This document shows, in pieces, positions 9,107 to 18,581 of a DNA stretch of 64,000 bases (the first letter of the stretch is position 1; each line of letters opens with the position of its first letter). The stretch lies in contig JBAQUS010000017.1 in the NCBI GenBank assembly GCA_049297675.1, forward strand, positions 7,456-71,455, read 5' to 3'. The DNA comes from Minisyncoccia bacterium. Its GTDB lineage: Bacteria; Patescibacteriota; Minisyncoccia; Phycocordibacterales; DATDWN01. The notes under the pieces were generated by a model. It searched no databases. It had not been told where the DNA came from and worked only from the letters and a program-made list of their open reading frames with translations. The position numbers were made by a program, and so were the translations under genes.

Positions 9107-10474
9107 GTGTATAATATATTTATGATAGTAATGTTCAAACAGTCTTTTCTGTTGTCAATTTTATTTTTATTTTTGGTCTTTCAATTCCAGACGGTTTTTG
9201 CCTTGTCTCCGGAAGAGCAGGAAGCAGTTTGGAGGGAAGAACTGGCTCAAACAGAGGCCGATATTGCCAAGTGGCAGTCAATATTAGATAACACAAAAGC
9301 CAACACCAAATCTTTACAGCAAGAAGCTACTAAACTGAACGCCAAAATAAACCAGGCAAAAGCACTGATAAAAAAGAAAAATATTGCTATTGCTCAGCTT
9401 GAACAAGACATAGCTAAAAAAAATCATAGAATTAAAACTTTGGAGCAGAAAATTGAGGACGGTCATACTTCCTTAGCTCAGATTCTTAGAAAAACAAATG
9501 AAATTGACAGTTTCAGTTTACCCGAAGTTATTTTAGGAAACAAAAATATTTCAGAATTTTTCAGTGATATAGATACATTCCAGTCTGTAAATAGATCACT
9601 TCAAGATTTATTTGTCGAGGTCAGAGCTACAAAAAATCTAACACAAAAAGAGAAAGCTGAATTAGACAAACAAAAAGACAAAGAGGCTGATACGAAAGCT
9701 GCAGCTGAAGTTCAAAAAAAACAAGTGGAGGCTGATGAGAAAGAAAAGCAGTATCTTATTAAGGTAAATAAGACAAATGAGAAGACGTATACAGAGGTTA
9801 TTTCCGAGAGACAAAAAAAAGCTGGTGAGATAAGAGCTAAGCTTTTTAAGCTAGCAGGAGGTAGTAATCCTATTCCATTCGGTGATGCACTAGCTTTTGC
9901 TCAGACGGCATCGCTTAAAACAGGAGTTTCTCCATCTCTACTCCTTGCAGTTTTGACTCAAGAATCAAGTCTAGGGGCAAACGTTGGAAAATGTTATCTA
10001 ACAGATACAAACACAGGCGCCGGGGTCAATACAAGTGGTACAAAAACTTTTCCAAATGTTATGAAACCTACTAGAGATGTATCTCCTTTTTTAGAGATAA
10101 CTAATAAACTGGGTTTTAGTTATCTTAAAACTGTAGTTTCTTGTCCTATTGCAGGGGTGGCAGGATATGGTGGAGCAATGGGTCCAGCACAATTTATTCC
10201 TTCAACATGGAAACTTTTTGAAGACAGATTGCGTAATACTTTGGGTCGTGAACCAAATCCTTGGAATCCAGAGGATGCATTTTCAGCTTCGTCATTTTAC
10301 TTGGGAGACCTGGGAGCAGGAAGTGGCACATATAGCTCTGAAATTCGAGCTGCATGTAAATACTATGGTTCAGGCGGATCCACTTGTTCGTACGGAAGAA
10401 GTGTAATGAATTTAAAAAATAGTATTCAAGCAGATATAGATTATTTAGAAGAATACGGAGTTTCTAGAAGGTAA
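9107..10474 (+). CDS. secreted coiled-coil protein with a C-terminal lytic-transglycosylase-like (SLT) domain
   Basis: Signal peptide, a long coiled coil, and QESS plus GAMGPAQFIPSTW motifs resembling SLT catalytic motifs. Confidence 0.6.
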   Translation: MYNIFMIVMFKQSFLLSILFLFLVFQFQTVFALSPEEQEAVWREELAQTEADIAKWQSILDNTKANTKSLQQEATKLNAKINQAKALIKKKNIAIAQLEQDIAKKNHRIKTLEQKIEDGHTSLAQILRKTNEIDSFSLPEVILGNKNISEFFSDIDTFQSVNRSLQDLFVEVRATKNLTQKEKAELDKQKDKEADTKAAAEVQKKQVEADEKEKQYLIKVNKTNEKTYTEVISERQKKAGEIRAKLFKLAGGSNPIPFGDALAFAQTASLKTGVSPSLLLAVLTQESSLGANVGKCYLTDTNTGAGVNTSGTKTFPNVMKPTRDVSPFLEITNKLGFSYLKTVVSCPIAGVAGYGGAMGPAQFIPSTWKLFEDRLRNTLGREPNPWNPEDAFSASSFYLGDLGAGSGTYSSEIRAACKYYGSGGSTCSYGRSVMNLKNSIQADIDYLEEYGVSRR

Positions 10475-10593
10475 GTTCAGTTTATGAAATTCTTAACCGA
10501 AGTAAAGTTGGTGTTGTTTTTTCACGACTTACTTATTGACAAAAAATTATATTATGATACCGTACTTTGAAAAGCAGGTTTTCATAAGTATTA

Positions 10594-13083
10594 ATGATGA
10601 CTACAACACAAAAAATAAAAGAGTTACCTATACCTACGTATTTACTCGTGCTACTTTTGTTTATTATAGGATCAGCCCAAGTTGCCTATGCTGAGGTCTT
10701 GTCTACCGATTTCACAGAAACAACGATTATCTCCAGTGACTTAGATGGACCATCATCAATGGCTTTTACACCGGACGGCAGACTACTCATAAATGAGCTT
10801 GGAGGTCAGATAAGAGTATATAAAAATGGTATTTTACTTTCCGAACCAGCACACACTCTGCAAGTATCAAATGAAGGTGAACAAGGATTAACAGGATTAG
10901 CTATTGACCCAAATTTTGGAACAAATGGATATATTTACATTTACTATACTGCGCTTTTTCCATCACCACACAACCGTCTAAGTCGACTGACGATGTCAGG
11001 AGACACAGTCGTACCAAATAGTGAAAGGATTCTTTTAGATTTGCCTTCTGTGGGAAATCAGAACCATCATGGTGGAGACATACAGTTTGGACTAGACGGA
11101 AAACTATATGTTACTGTTGGTGATCATACTATACGAGCAAATGTTCAGTCTCTGTCGAGTCTTTTTGGAAAAGTTCTGAGGTTGAATTCTGATGGTACTA
11201 TTCCATTAGACAATCCCTTTGTTAACACCCCAGGAGCCCGAGGTGAAATATGGGCATTAGGTTTCCGTAACCCTTTTAAGTTTGCAATAGATCAAGTAAG
11301 TGGCAAGATTCATGTCAATGATGTTGGAGAAAATACTTGGGAAGAAATAAATCTTGTTCAAAGAGGAGCAAACTATGGTTGGCCAACATGTGAGGGTGTT
11401 TGTTCAAATTCAAGTTTTGTAAATCCAATACACTCATATATTCACAATGGTAATGCATCCATAACTGGCGCAACATTTTACAGAGGGTCACAGTTTCCAA
11501 GTGAATATGTGGGTAGATATTTATTTTCGGATTACAACAGCAATTGGGTCAAAGTCCTAAATGATAATGGCACTGCTTCGGATTTTATTATTAATATCCC
11601 AACCCCAATTGATCTTCTGACGGCTCCTGACGGAAGCCTTTATGTATTATCTATTTATCCTGGAAGGCTAACAAAAATTGCATATACAAAACCAAACCAA
11701 AACCATGCTCCGACAGTTACTGCCACAGCTAATCCATCTTCAGGGATATCTCCACTAAATGTTTTATTTAACGCAAATGGTAGTGATTTAGATGGTGATC
11801 TATTATCTTATGTTTGGAATTTTGGTGATGGAACTCAAAGTATCTTCGGTAAGACTCTCTCCCATATTTATAACTTAGCAGGGAATTATACTGCTGTAGT
11901 GACTGTCTCTGATGGGCGGGGTGGAACAGGAACAAGGAACATTAACATTAGTGTTGGAAGTCCACCAACAGGAGTATTTACCACTCCGCTCTCCGGAGTA
12001 AAATATAATGCGGGTGATATTATTTCCTATTCAGGTACTGCAACCGACCTTCAAGATGGTACATTAGGTGCATCAGCATTTAGTTGGACAATAATTTTTC
12101 ACCACGGCACACACATTCATCCTTTTCTTGGACCAGTCAGTGGAGTTAGAAGCGGTAGTTTTCTAATCCCACAAACTGGCGAAGTTTCTTCAGATGTTTA
12201 TTATGAGATTCAATTAAAAGTAAAAGACTCATCTGGACTAGAACATATCACTAGTCGAAATATTTTTCCTAACACAGTAAATGTGACCATTGCCACTAAC
12301 CCTACTGGTCTTTCTGTTAATCTAGATAGTCAGCCAAAAATTACTCCATATTCTTTTGTTGGTGTGACTGGATTTACAAGGGATGTTGGTTTAATTTCTC
12401 CGCAGACCCTAAATGCCAAGAAATATGAATTTATATCTTGGTCCGACAATGGCCTGCAAAATCATTCCATAAGAACACCCAACGTAAACACTACATACAC
12501 CGCAAACTTTAGAGAAGTGGTTGTCACACCACCTCCACCACCCCCACCACCATATTCACAAGCATCTTACGTAACACCACCCCCACCTCCACCTTACTCC
12601 CAATCATCCTATTATTCACAAGCATCTTACGTAACACCACCTCCTCCACCAACATATTCACAGGCGTCATACTACTCTCAATCATCATACGTCACACCTC
12701 CTCCACCGTCATATTCTCAATCATCATATATGACGCCTCCTATTCCACCTGCTGGAGGAACATCTTCATGGCAAACCCCTACTCCATGGACCACTACTCC
12801 ACAGACACAAAATTCAGGATGGTCACAACCATCGTCTTGGAATACTACACCTGTAGCTTCAGCCTCATCATGGTCACAGGAGACGACATGGCCACAACCT
12901 GTTGGTTGGACAACTACACCAGTAGGATCTGTAAGTACATGGTCACAGCCAACTGCTTGGAGTAGTTCTCCTGTTGGTGCATCGTCCTCTTGGGCATCAC
13001 CTACTTTATGGACTGTAAATACAGGTTCGACACAAAGTTCTTCTTGGCAGACAAGTGAGTGGGCTGCTCCTACCCCATGGTAA
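10594..13083 (+). CDS. cell-surface protein: signal peptide, glucose/sorbosone-dehydrogenase-like beta-propeller, PKD domain, Pro-rich and Trp-periodic C-terminal repeats
   Basis: GSDH-like motifs (GLTGLAIDPNF, NGYIYIYYT), a PKD-like WNFGDGT, then low-complexity repeats. Confidence 0.7.
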   Translation: MMTTTQKIKELPIPTYLLVLLLFIIGSAQVAYAEVLSTDFTETTIISSDLDGPSSMAFTPDGRLLINELGGQIRVYKNGILLSEPAHTLQVSNEGEQGLTGLAIDPNFGTNGYIYIYYTALFPSPHNRLSRLTMSGDTVVPNSERILLDLPSVGNQNHHGGDIQFGLDGKLYVTVGDHTIRANVQSLSSLFGKVLRLNSDGTIPLDNPFVNTPGARGEIWALGFRNPFKFAIDQVSGKIHVNDVGENTWEEINLVQRGANYGWPTCEGVCSNSSFVNPIHSYIHNGNASITGATFYRGSQFPSEYVGRYLFSDYNSNWVKVLNDNGTASDFIINIPTPIDLLTAPDGSLYVLSIYPGRLTKIAYTKPNQNHAPTVTATANPSSGISPLNVLFNANGSDLDGDLLSYVWNFGDGTQSIFGKTLSHIYNLAGNYTAVVTVSDGRGGTGTRNINISVGSPPTGVFTTPLSGVKYNAGDIISYSGTATDLQDGTLGASAFSWTIIFHHGTHIHPFLGPVSGVRSGSFLIPQTGEVSSDVYYEIQLKVKDSSGLEHITSRNIFPNTVNVTIATNPTGLSVNLDSQPKITPYSFVGVTGFTRDVGLISPQTLNAKKYEFISWSDNGLQNHSIRTPNVNTTYTANFREVVVTPPPPPPPPYSQASYVTPPPPPPYSQSSYYSQASYVTPPPPPTYSQASYYSQSSYVTPPPPSYSQSSYMTPPIPPAGGTSSWQTPTPWTTTPQTQNSGWSQPSSWNTTPVASASSWSQETTWPQPVGWTTTPVGSVSTWSQPTAWSSSPVGASSSWASPTLWTVNTGSTQSSSWQTSEWAAPTPW
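12529..13080 (+). repeat. coding tandem repeats: (YSQ[AS]SYVTPPPPP)n followed by (S[ST]W..PT.W)n
   Basis: Includes an exact 29-bp DNA duplication, TATTCACAAGCATCTTACGTAACACCACC, at ~12555 and ~12616. Confidence 0.8.
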
Positions 13084-13153
13084 ATATCTCTTGCAGGATG
13101 GTTAGATTTTTGGTAGCATACCGCTAGTTAGGTTTTATGTAATAATTAGTAAA

Positions 13154-13423
13154 ATGAAGAAAGATATACACCCTAAAAACTATAGGCCAGTTCTATTTAT
13201 AGACAACTCAAACAACGCAGAGTTTGTTATTTCCTCTGCTGTAGAAACAAAAGAAACTCTCAAAGCAAAAAACGGCAAAGAGTATCCTGTTTTTAGAGTT
13301 GAAGTTACCTCAGCTAGTCATCCTTTTTATACAGGTAACGAAAAAATGTTAGATTCTGCAGGTAGAGCAGAAAAGTTTAAGGCAAAGGTAGCCAAGGCTA
13401 CAAAGAAACAAGCTCAACACTAA
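13154..13423 (+). CDS. rpmE: 50S ribosomal protein L31, type B (no zinc ribbon)
   Basis: MKKDIHP...HPFYTG signature with no Cys ligands. Confidence 0.85.
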   Translation: MKKDIHPKNYRPVLFIDNSNNAEFVISSAVETKETLKAKNGKEYPVFRVEVTSASHPFYTGNEKMLDSAGRAEKFKAKVAKATKKQAQH

Positions 13424-13500
13424 TACACGAATTATCCCGAATGACACGAATAGAAGAATTCACTAGTGTCATTTGTTTTTATTCGTAATTCGCGTCGTGT
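13424..13500. repeat. intergenic CGAAT-array element, copy 2
   Basis: ACACGAAT, CCGAAT, ACACGAAT, then ATTCGTAATTCGCG. It fills the whole rpmE-prfA spacer. Confidence 0.65.
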
Positions 13501-13502
13501 TT

Positions 13503-14483
13503 ATGGATATAGAAAAATTTTCAAATAACTCAAAAACTTCTTACCTAGCGGGGGAGTATAAAAAACTCCTAAAACAGGAGGAGGAGACTAAAATAATGAT
13601 TGAGAGTGACCCGACTCTTAGAGATTTAGCCTACTCAGAATTTGAGTCAATTAAAATTCAGAAAGAAATTCTTCTAAAACAGATGGAAGATATTTTTAGT
13701 GAATACGACAAAGAAACAGAGGAGTTTCCAAACGAAGTTATTTTGGAAGTTAGGGCTGGAGCCGGTGGGGAAGAGGCTGCACTTTTCGCTGAGGAACTTG
13801 CCAAAATGTACACTACTTATGCTAAAAATCATGGTTGGGGAGTATACGTTGTTGACGAATCCTGGAGCAGTACAGGGGGCTATAAGGAAGCTTCATTTGA
13901 AATACGTGGCAGAGAAGTATATAAAAGTTTAAGGTTTGAAACTGGTGTTCATAGAGTTCAGAGAGTTCCTGCTACTGAGAAAAATGGTAGAGTTCATACA
14001 TCGACTGCTACGGTTGCTGTTCTTCCTGTACGAAAGAGGACAAAAATAGTTATAAATCCAGCTGACATTGAAATAGAAACTTCACGCTCAGGTGGGGCTG
14101 GTGGACAAAATGTCAATAAAATAGAATCTGCCGTCAGAATTATTCACAAACCAACTGGTCTTGATGTCCGTTCAACTGCTGAGAGAAGTCAGTTGAAAAA
14201 TAAAGAGAGAGCTATGACTATTTTGACTGCCAAGATTCAAATGCTTAAAGATGAAGAGGAGGCGAAGAAATACTCTAGTGATCGCAAGTCTCAGATTGGC
14301 ACAGCTGACAGGTCGGAGAAGATTCGCACATACAATATTTTGCAAGACCGCATAACTGATCACAGAATAAAACAATCTTGGCACAATATAGAGAAAATTC
14401 TCCTAGGTGGTATAGAACCGATTCTTTCTGTCATGGCAAATTTTGATGGAAAGTCTGTAGAAGGGGATGATTCTGATGATTGA
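13503..14483 (+). CDS. prfA: peptide chain release factor 1
   Basis: GGQ motif (SGGAGGQNVNK). Start set at the ATG at 13503 rather than the ATG at 13473, which lies inside the repeat. Confidence 0.9.
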   Translation: MDIEKFSNNSKTSYLAGEYKKLLKQEEETKIMIESDPTLRDLAYSEFESIKIQKEILLKQMEDIFSEYDKETEEFPNEVILEVRAGAGGEEAALFAEELAKMYTTYAKNHGWGVYVVDESWSSTGGYKEASFEIRGREVYKSLRFETGVHRVQRVPATEKNGRVHTSTATVAVLPVRKRTKIVINPADIEIETSRSGGAGGQNVNKIESAVRIIHKPTGLDVRSTAERSQLKNKERAMTILTAKIQMLKDEEEAKKYSSDRKSQIGTADRSEKIRTYNILQDRITDHRIKQSWHNIEKILLGGIEPILSVMANFDGKSVEGDDSDD

Positions 14484-14492
14484 CTTACAGGT

Positions 14493-15263
14493 TTAGATAA
14501 TCGCCACTAAATATCGCCATTTTCCAAATTGATCCTTATAAAACTGTGTTTGAGTGAAACTGTTGTCTTTCAAAATCCTTGAAACATCGCCTTTTTGGTT
14601 GTATCCGAATTCCATATAAATTTTTCCACCTTTATTAAGATGTTTCTCGGCTTGCTCTAAGAATTTTTTTATATAAAGAAGTCCATCACTTCCGCCGAAT
14701 AGGGCGTTGTTTGGCTCAAAGTCTAAAACTGATTTTTCCACCTCACTTTTTTTGTTTTCAGATATGTATGGTGGATTTGCAAAAATATAATCATATTTAT
14801 CCACTATATTTTCAAATATATCTGATTTTATTGTTCTTATTTTGGAATTATTTACTTTATTTTGTTTACAGTTAATTTTAATCTGCATAATCATTGCCAT
14901 TTCGGAATCAGAGAAATCCATTTTTACATTTGGACAGTTTTTAAGTACTAAAATTCCAACACATCCCGACCCGGAAAACATATCAAGACACATTTTAGGT
15001 GTTTTTGATTTGTTCATTTCCTTAATTGCTTTCTCAACCCAAAACTCGGTTTCAGGTCTAGGAATAAGTGGTCTCTTTGTGAGGTCGATTTTACATCCCA
15101 AAAAATCGGCAAAACCGATAATGTATCCAACTGGTTCGCCAGTTTGCAACCTAGAAAGGTCAGTTTTTGTTAATTTTTCCTTCCTACCTTTGTACTTTTC
15201 ATTAACAATCCAGCGGATTTCCCGGCCATATTTGTTAAATTTCTCATCTGTCCTATCTTTCAT
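14493..15263 (-). CDS. prmC: release-factor glutamine N5-methyltransferase
   Basis: NPPY motif (FANPPYI) and SAM-binding motifs. Convergent with prfA. Confidence 0.85.
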   Translation of the reverse strand: MKDRTDEKFNKYGREIRWIVNEKYKGRKEKLTKTDLSRLQTGEPVGYIIGFADFLGCKIDLTKRPLIPRPETEFWVEKAIKEMNKSKTPKMCLDMFSGSGCVGILVLKNCPNVKMDFSDSEMAMIMQIKINCKQNKVNNSKIRTIKSDIFENIVDKYDYIFANPPYISENKKSEVEKSVLDFEPNNALFGGSDGLLYIKKFLEQAEKHLNKGGKIYMEFGYNQKGDVSRILKDNSFTQTQFYKDQFGKWRYLVAII

Positions 15264-15425
15264 ATTCAGTGATCATACCTGTTTCTAATTTTTACACAAA
15301 TAAGTTGTGTTTATGTGTATTTCGTTAGTATTGACGTGTATTACTAGAGTATTGTAGTATTGTTCTTGGATAACTCATGAAGCTTTTTTGGACATTTCGT
15401 TCACAACTTAATTGAGGAGGTTCTT

Positions 15426-15809
15426 ATGATCCGTAAAACCGTCTTTACAATCTTGTTTTTTGGATGTATAGGCTGTAGCGAGATTGACACAGCTAAGTTT
15501 CGAGTTTCTGGGTTGAACAGGGACAGTCAAAGAAGGATTATCTTTGTGGTCGATGGACAAAACGTTGGCTCGGTTGTTGAACCTGGAGACACGCAATCAC
15601 CGCATGACATAAAGGTAGTATTCGACAAACCACTATGGTATGGTCTTGGACCGTCGTCCATTAAGACCGCTGACATATCACTCGGTGTTCGAGATGCTGA
15701 TACCCAAGTTGTCTTTATGGACGTAATAAGATGTCAGTTGGCGCAAGATTCGGTTACCAACTTTGTGTATAGCAGGGATGGAGGAGTTGATCGTCTCTAT
15801 TGTCGGTAG
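15426..15809 (+). CDS. hypothetical lipoprotein (127 aa), GC-elevated cassette with a GAGGAGG RBS
   Basis: Signal peptide plus lipobox (LFFGCIGC). Canonical SD. GC visibly higher than the flanks. Confidence 0.5.
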   Translation: MIRKTVFTILFFGCIGCSEIDTAKFRVSGLNRDSQRRIIFVVDGQNVGSVVEPGDTQSPHDIKVVFDKPLWYGLGPSSIKTADISLGVRDADTQVVFMDVIRCQLAQDSVTNFVYSRDGGVDRLYCR

Positions 15810-15844
15810 TAACTTGGAGGTCTAGCTATCAAATTTCGCGAGAT

Positions 15845-15880
15845 CGCGAGGCATAGCCTCAAAGCGCCTCGCGTTTTCGT
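15845..15880 (+). terminator. intrinsic terminator CGCGAGGC...GCCTCGCG followed by TTTT
   Basis: 8-bp GC stem followed by a T-run. Confidence 0.55.
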
Positions 15881-15951
15881 TTATATTAATTGGAAAACTT
15901 TTAATTCACTATTGCCTAATAGTTAAGAATTTGCTAAAGTGTCATTCACAC

Positions 15952-16668
15952 ATGATAAAAACAGAAAAAACAGGATTAGCTACAGGAGGCCTCGTTGAGG
16001 CTCTTTATTCTCATGGAGTTCATTTTGGTTTCATAAAGTCTAGAAGACATCCTTCAACCAAACCGTATATTTACGGTGTTAAGAACAAAATTGAGATCTT
16101 TGATTTAGAGAAAACTGGTAAGGCACTTGAGAGAGCTTTGAGTTTTATAGAGGAGGTTGCTTCAAAAAACGGCAAGATACTTTTTGTTAGTAGTAAAAAT
16201 GAAGCTAAAGAAGCAGTCTCTTCTATGGCTGAGAGTATTGGTGAACCATACGTTGCCGGTAGATTTATAGGTGGAACTATTACTAACTTTTCACAAATCA
16301 GGAAAAGAGTAGAGAAAATGGAGTCTCTTATTTCACAGAGAGAAAAAGGTGAGCTTTCAAAATACACAAAAAAGGAGAGGCTACTTATCGATAGAGAAAT
16401 TGATAAACTTAAAACTTTTTTCTCTGGTCTTTCGGTCATGAAAGCTCTTCCGCAGGCAGTTTTTATTGTTGATAGTAAAAAGGAATCTATAGCTGTAAAA
16501 GAGGCTCAAAAGGCGAATATACCCATTATTGCTATTTGCGGGACTGATAACAACTTAAACGAGGTGGAGTACCCTATACCCGCCAATGACGCAAGCAAAT
16601 CAAGTATAGAGTTTATACTAAAGAAAGTTGTAGAAAGTTTTAAAGCTGGACAGTTGAAGAAAGAGTAG
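15952..16668 (+). CDS. rpsB: 30S ribosomal protein S2
   Basis: GVHFGF...RRHP S2 N-terminal signature. ATG at 15952. Confidence 0.9.
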   Translation: MIKTEKTGLATGGLVEALYSHGVHFGFIKSRRHPSTKPYIYGVKNKIEIFDLEKTGKALERALSFIEEVASKNGKILFVSSKNEAKEAVSSMAESIGEPYVAGRFIGGTITNFSQIRKRVEKMESLISQREKGELSKYTKKERLLIDREIDKLKTFFSGLSVMKALPQAVFIVDSKKESIAVKEAQKANIPIIAICGTDNNLNEVEYPIPANDASKSSIEFILKKVVESFKAGQLKKE

Positions 16669-16747
16669 AATTGAAGTATGATGTAGGACGTACGTGGCAA
16701 AAAATCTGCTTCGAATATCTTAAACCTAACATTTTACATCTATCAAA

Positions 16748-17335
16748 ATGGTAATAACAACAGAACTTGTAAAAGAGTTACGAGACATTACTGGAGTCTC
16801 AATAATGCAATGTAAGAAAGCACTAGAGGAAGTCAACGGAGATTTGGAGAAAGCCAAGATGATTCTTCAGAAAAAAAGTGCTGATTCAGCCTTGAAAAAA
16901 AGTGGTAGAGTACTAGGAGCTGGAGTAGTTTCTTCTTATGTTCACTCAACTGGCTCAATCGGCACATTAGTTGAGCTTTTGTGCGAAACAGACTTTGTGG
17001 CAAAAAACGAGGAGTTCAAAACTCTGGCTAGGGATATCGCTATGCATGCCACTGCTACCAATCCTCAATTTCTAAAGTTAACAGATATAGATGAGCACTC
17101 AATGGGTTTGGCAAAAGAGATGTTCGAAAAGGAGGTGGAAGGGAAGTCAGGGGATATGAAAGAGAAGATTTTAGATGGGAAACTGGGTGCTTATTGGAAA
17201 GATAGAGTTCTTCTTGAGCAATCATTTATTAAAAATCCGGATTTAACTATTACAAATCTCATACAAAGTGCGACGCAAAAATTTGGCGAAAAAATAGAAC
17301 TGTCTCGCTTCACCAGGTTTTCTGTTTCACAATAA
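16748..17335 (+). CDS. tsf: elongation factor Ts (short form)
   Basis: TTELVKELRDITG...MQCKKAL UBA-like N-terminus. Follows rpsB. Confidence 0.9.
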   Translation: MVITTELVKELRDITGVSIMQCKKALEEVNGDLEKAKMILQKKSADSALKKSGRVLGAGVVSSYVHSTGSIGTLVELLCETDFVAKNEEFKTLARDIAMHATATNPQFLKLTDIDEHSMGLAKEMFEKEVEGKSGDMKEKILDGKLGAYWKDRVLLEQSFIKNPDLTITNLIQSATQKFGEKIELSRFTRFSVSQ

Positions 17336-17778
17336 TTTTATGATAATAACTATATTTTTAACATCCATGATTTTTTTAGTTTCAATGATATTTTCTAAGG
17401 CCATAGAGATAAAAACAGGTAATGCACATTTTATGTCTACACTATTTCAAAGATTTGATGGTAATGTTCATGTTTATTCTGACCTTTTATTTTCAAAATT
17501 TAAAAGATATAGGAAAATTTCAAACTTACTTTTTTTTGAATTTATACCCTCATTCTCTTTTGAAATATTGACTAGAATGAATGACTTTGTTTCTAAGAAA
17601 TACCATACAGCTGGCAACAATTTTCGTGGAAAAAAGGCTCTTCGGCATGATGGTTCAGTCTCTTTCTTTCTTAGTAGACTGTCCGAAGAAAAAATCAATT
17701 CAAGTGAGAGTAGAATTTAGTTTTCTTGAAAAAAGTGCTCAAGAATGTTAGATTATGTTTGTTCATTATAGATTTTTT

Positions 17779-17854
17779 GCCACCTTAGCTCAGTTGGTAG
17801 AGCGCCACTTTTGTAAAGTGGATGTCCCCAGTTCAAGCCTGGGAGGTGGCTCCA
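17779..17854 (+). tRNA. tRNA-Thr (anticodon UGU), CCA encoded
   Basis: Cloverleaf read by hand: 7-bp acceptor stem GCCACCT/AGGTGGC, anticodon stem CCACT/AGTGG, loop TTTGTAA, T-arm CCCAG-TTCAAGC-CTGGG. Confidence 0.85.
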
Positions 17855-17897
17855 GTTAAAAATCTCAGTGCATACTGGGATTTTTAAATAAGCTAAC

Positions 17898-18581
17898 CTA
17901 GTTATTCTCTGTACTCGTTGCAGTTTTAGCTTTGAGTGTTTTAAGTTCTGGGATCATTTTCTCCAAATCTTCGACACTTTTGAATCCATAGTAAACTTTA
18001 TCTTTTATTATGAGAGCTGGAAGTTCATTTTTTATTTTATTAACAGAGATTAAGGTTTTAACAGCCGAAACGTCGATATTATAATCAAAGGAATAAACTC
18101 TTAAATCCGGATAATTTTCACGAAGATGAGTTAGGACATAACCTTCTTTTTCACAATCTGGACACTTATTGTCAGTGGAATAGAAATAAATAACAGAGAA
18201 AGGCACTCTCTTACACTTTTCGTTTACTTTATTCATAAGCAAGTAATCCTTTATTTCTAAGAGTGAATAGTATTTTTTTAAAGTTATAACCTCAGGATCA
18301 TCGAATCCTCTCTGATTTTCGGTGTAGGAAAGTTTATCCTCCAACTCCCCGAGTTCCTCTGAAAGTGAACCAGTTCCGAGGTCCTTGCATGAGTACTCTT
18401 CAAGTAGGGAAAACTGGGTTTCTGAAGAGAGAATATCGATAGCTATTTTGTCCTGAATATTTCTGATCTCTTCTAGTTTTTTGTTTGCGAAAAAATTAGA
18501 TAGATAAATTGCCGAGGCAAATATAAGTGCTGTAATAAGAAAAGAGAATACATACTTTTGCCAGTTTATCTCGTTTTTCAT
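17898..18581 (-). CDS. membrane-anchored thioredoxin-fold protein with a CPDC motif (putative thiol-disulfide oxidoreductase)
   Basis: N-terminal TM segment and a CxxC (CPDC) motif. Overlaps the upstream GT2 gene by 4 nt. Confidence 0.5.
   Translation of the reverse strand: MKNEINWQKYVFSFLITALIFASAIYLSNFFANKKLEEIRNIQDKIAIDILSSETQFSLLEEYSCKDLGTGSLSEELGELEDKLSYTENQRGFDDPEVITLKKYYSLLEIKDYLLMNKVNEKCKRVPFSVIYFYSTDNKCPDCEKEGYVLTHLRENYPDLRVYSFDYNIDVSAVKTLISVNKIKNELPALIIKDKVYYGFKSVEDLEKMIPELKTLKAKTATSTENN

Noticed and set aside
13473-13502. Upstream ATG start for prfA
   Set aside because: It would translate the CGAAT-array repeat into a hydrophobic leader (MFLFVIRVVF). The ATG at 13503 gives a typical RF1 N-terminus.
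17340-17720. 126-aa ORF in the AT-rich region upstream of tRNA-Thr
   Set aside because: Extremely AT-rich, with no domain or motif and no consistent start signal. It may be non-coding leader or spacer. I could not recognise RNase P, tmRNA or SRP RNA signatures in it either.
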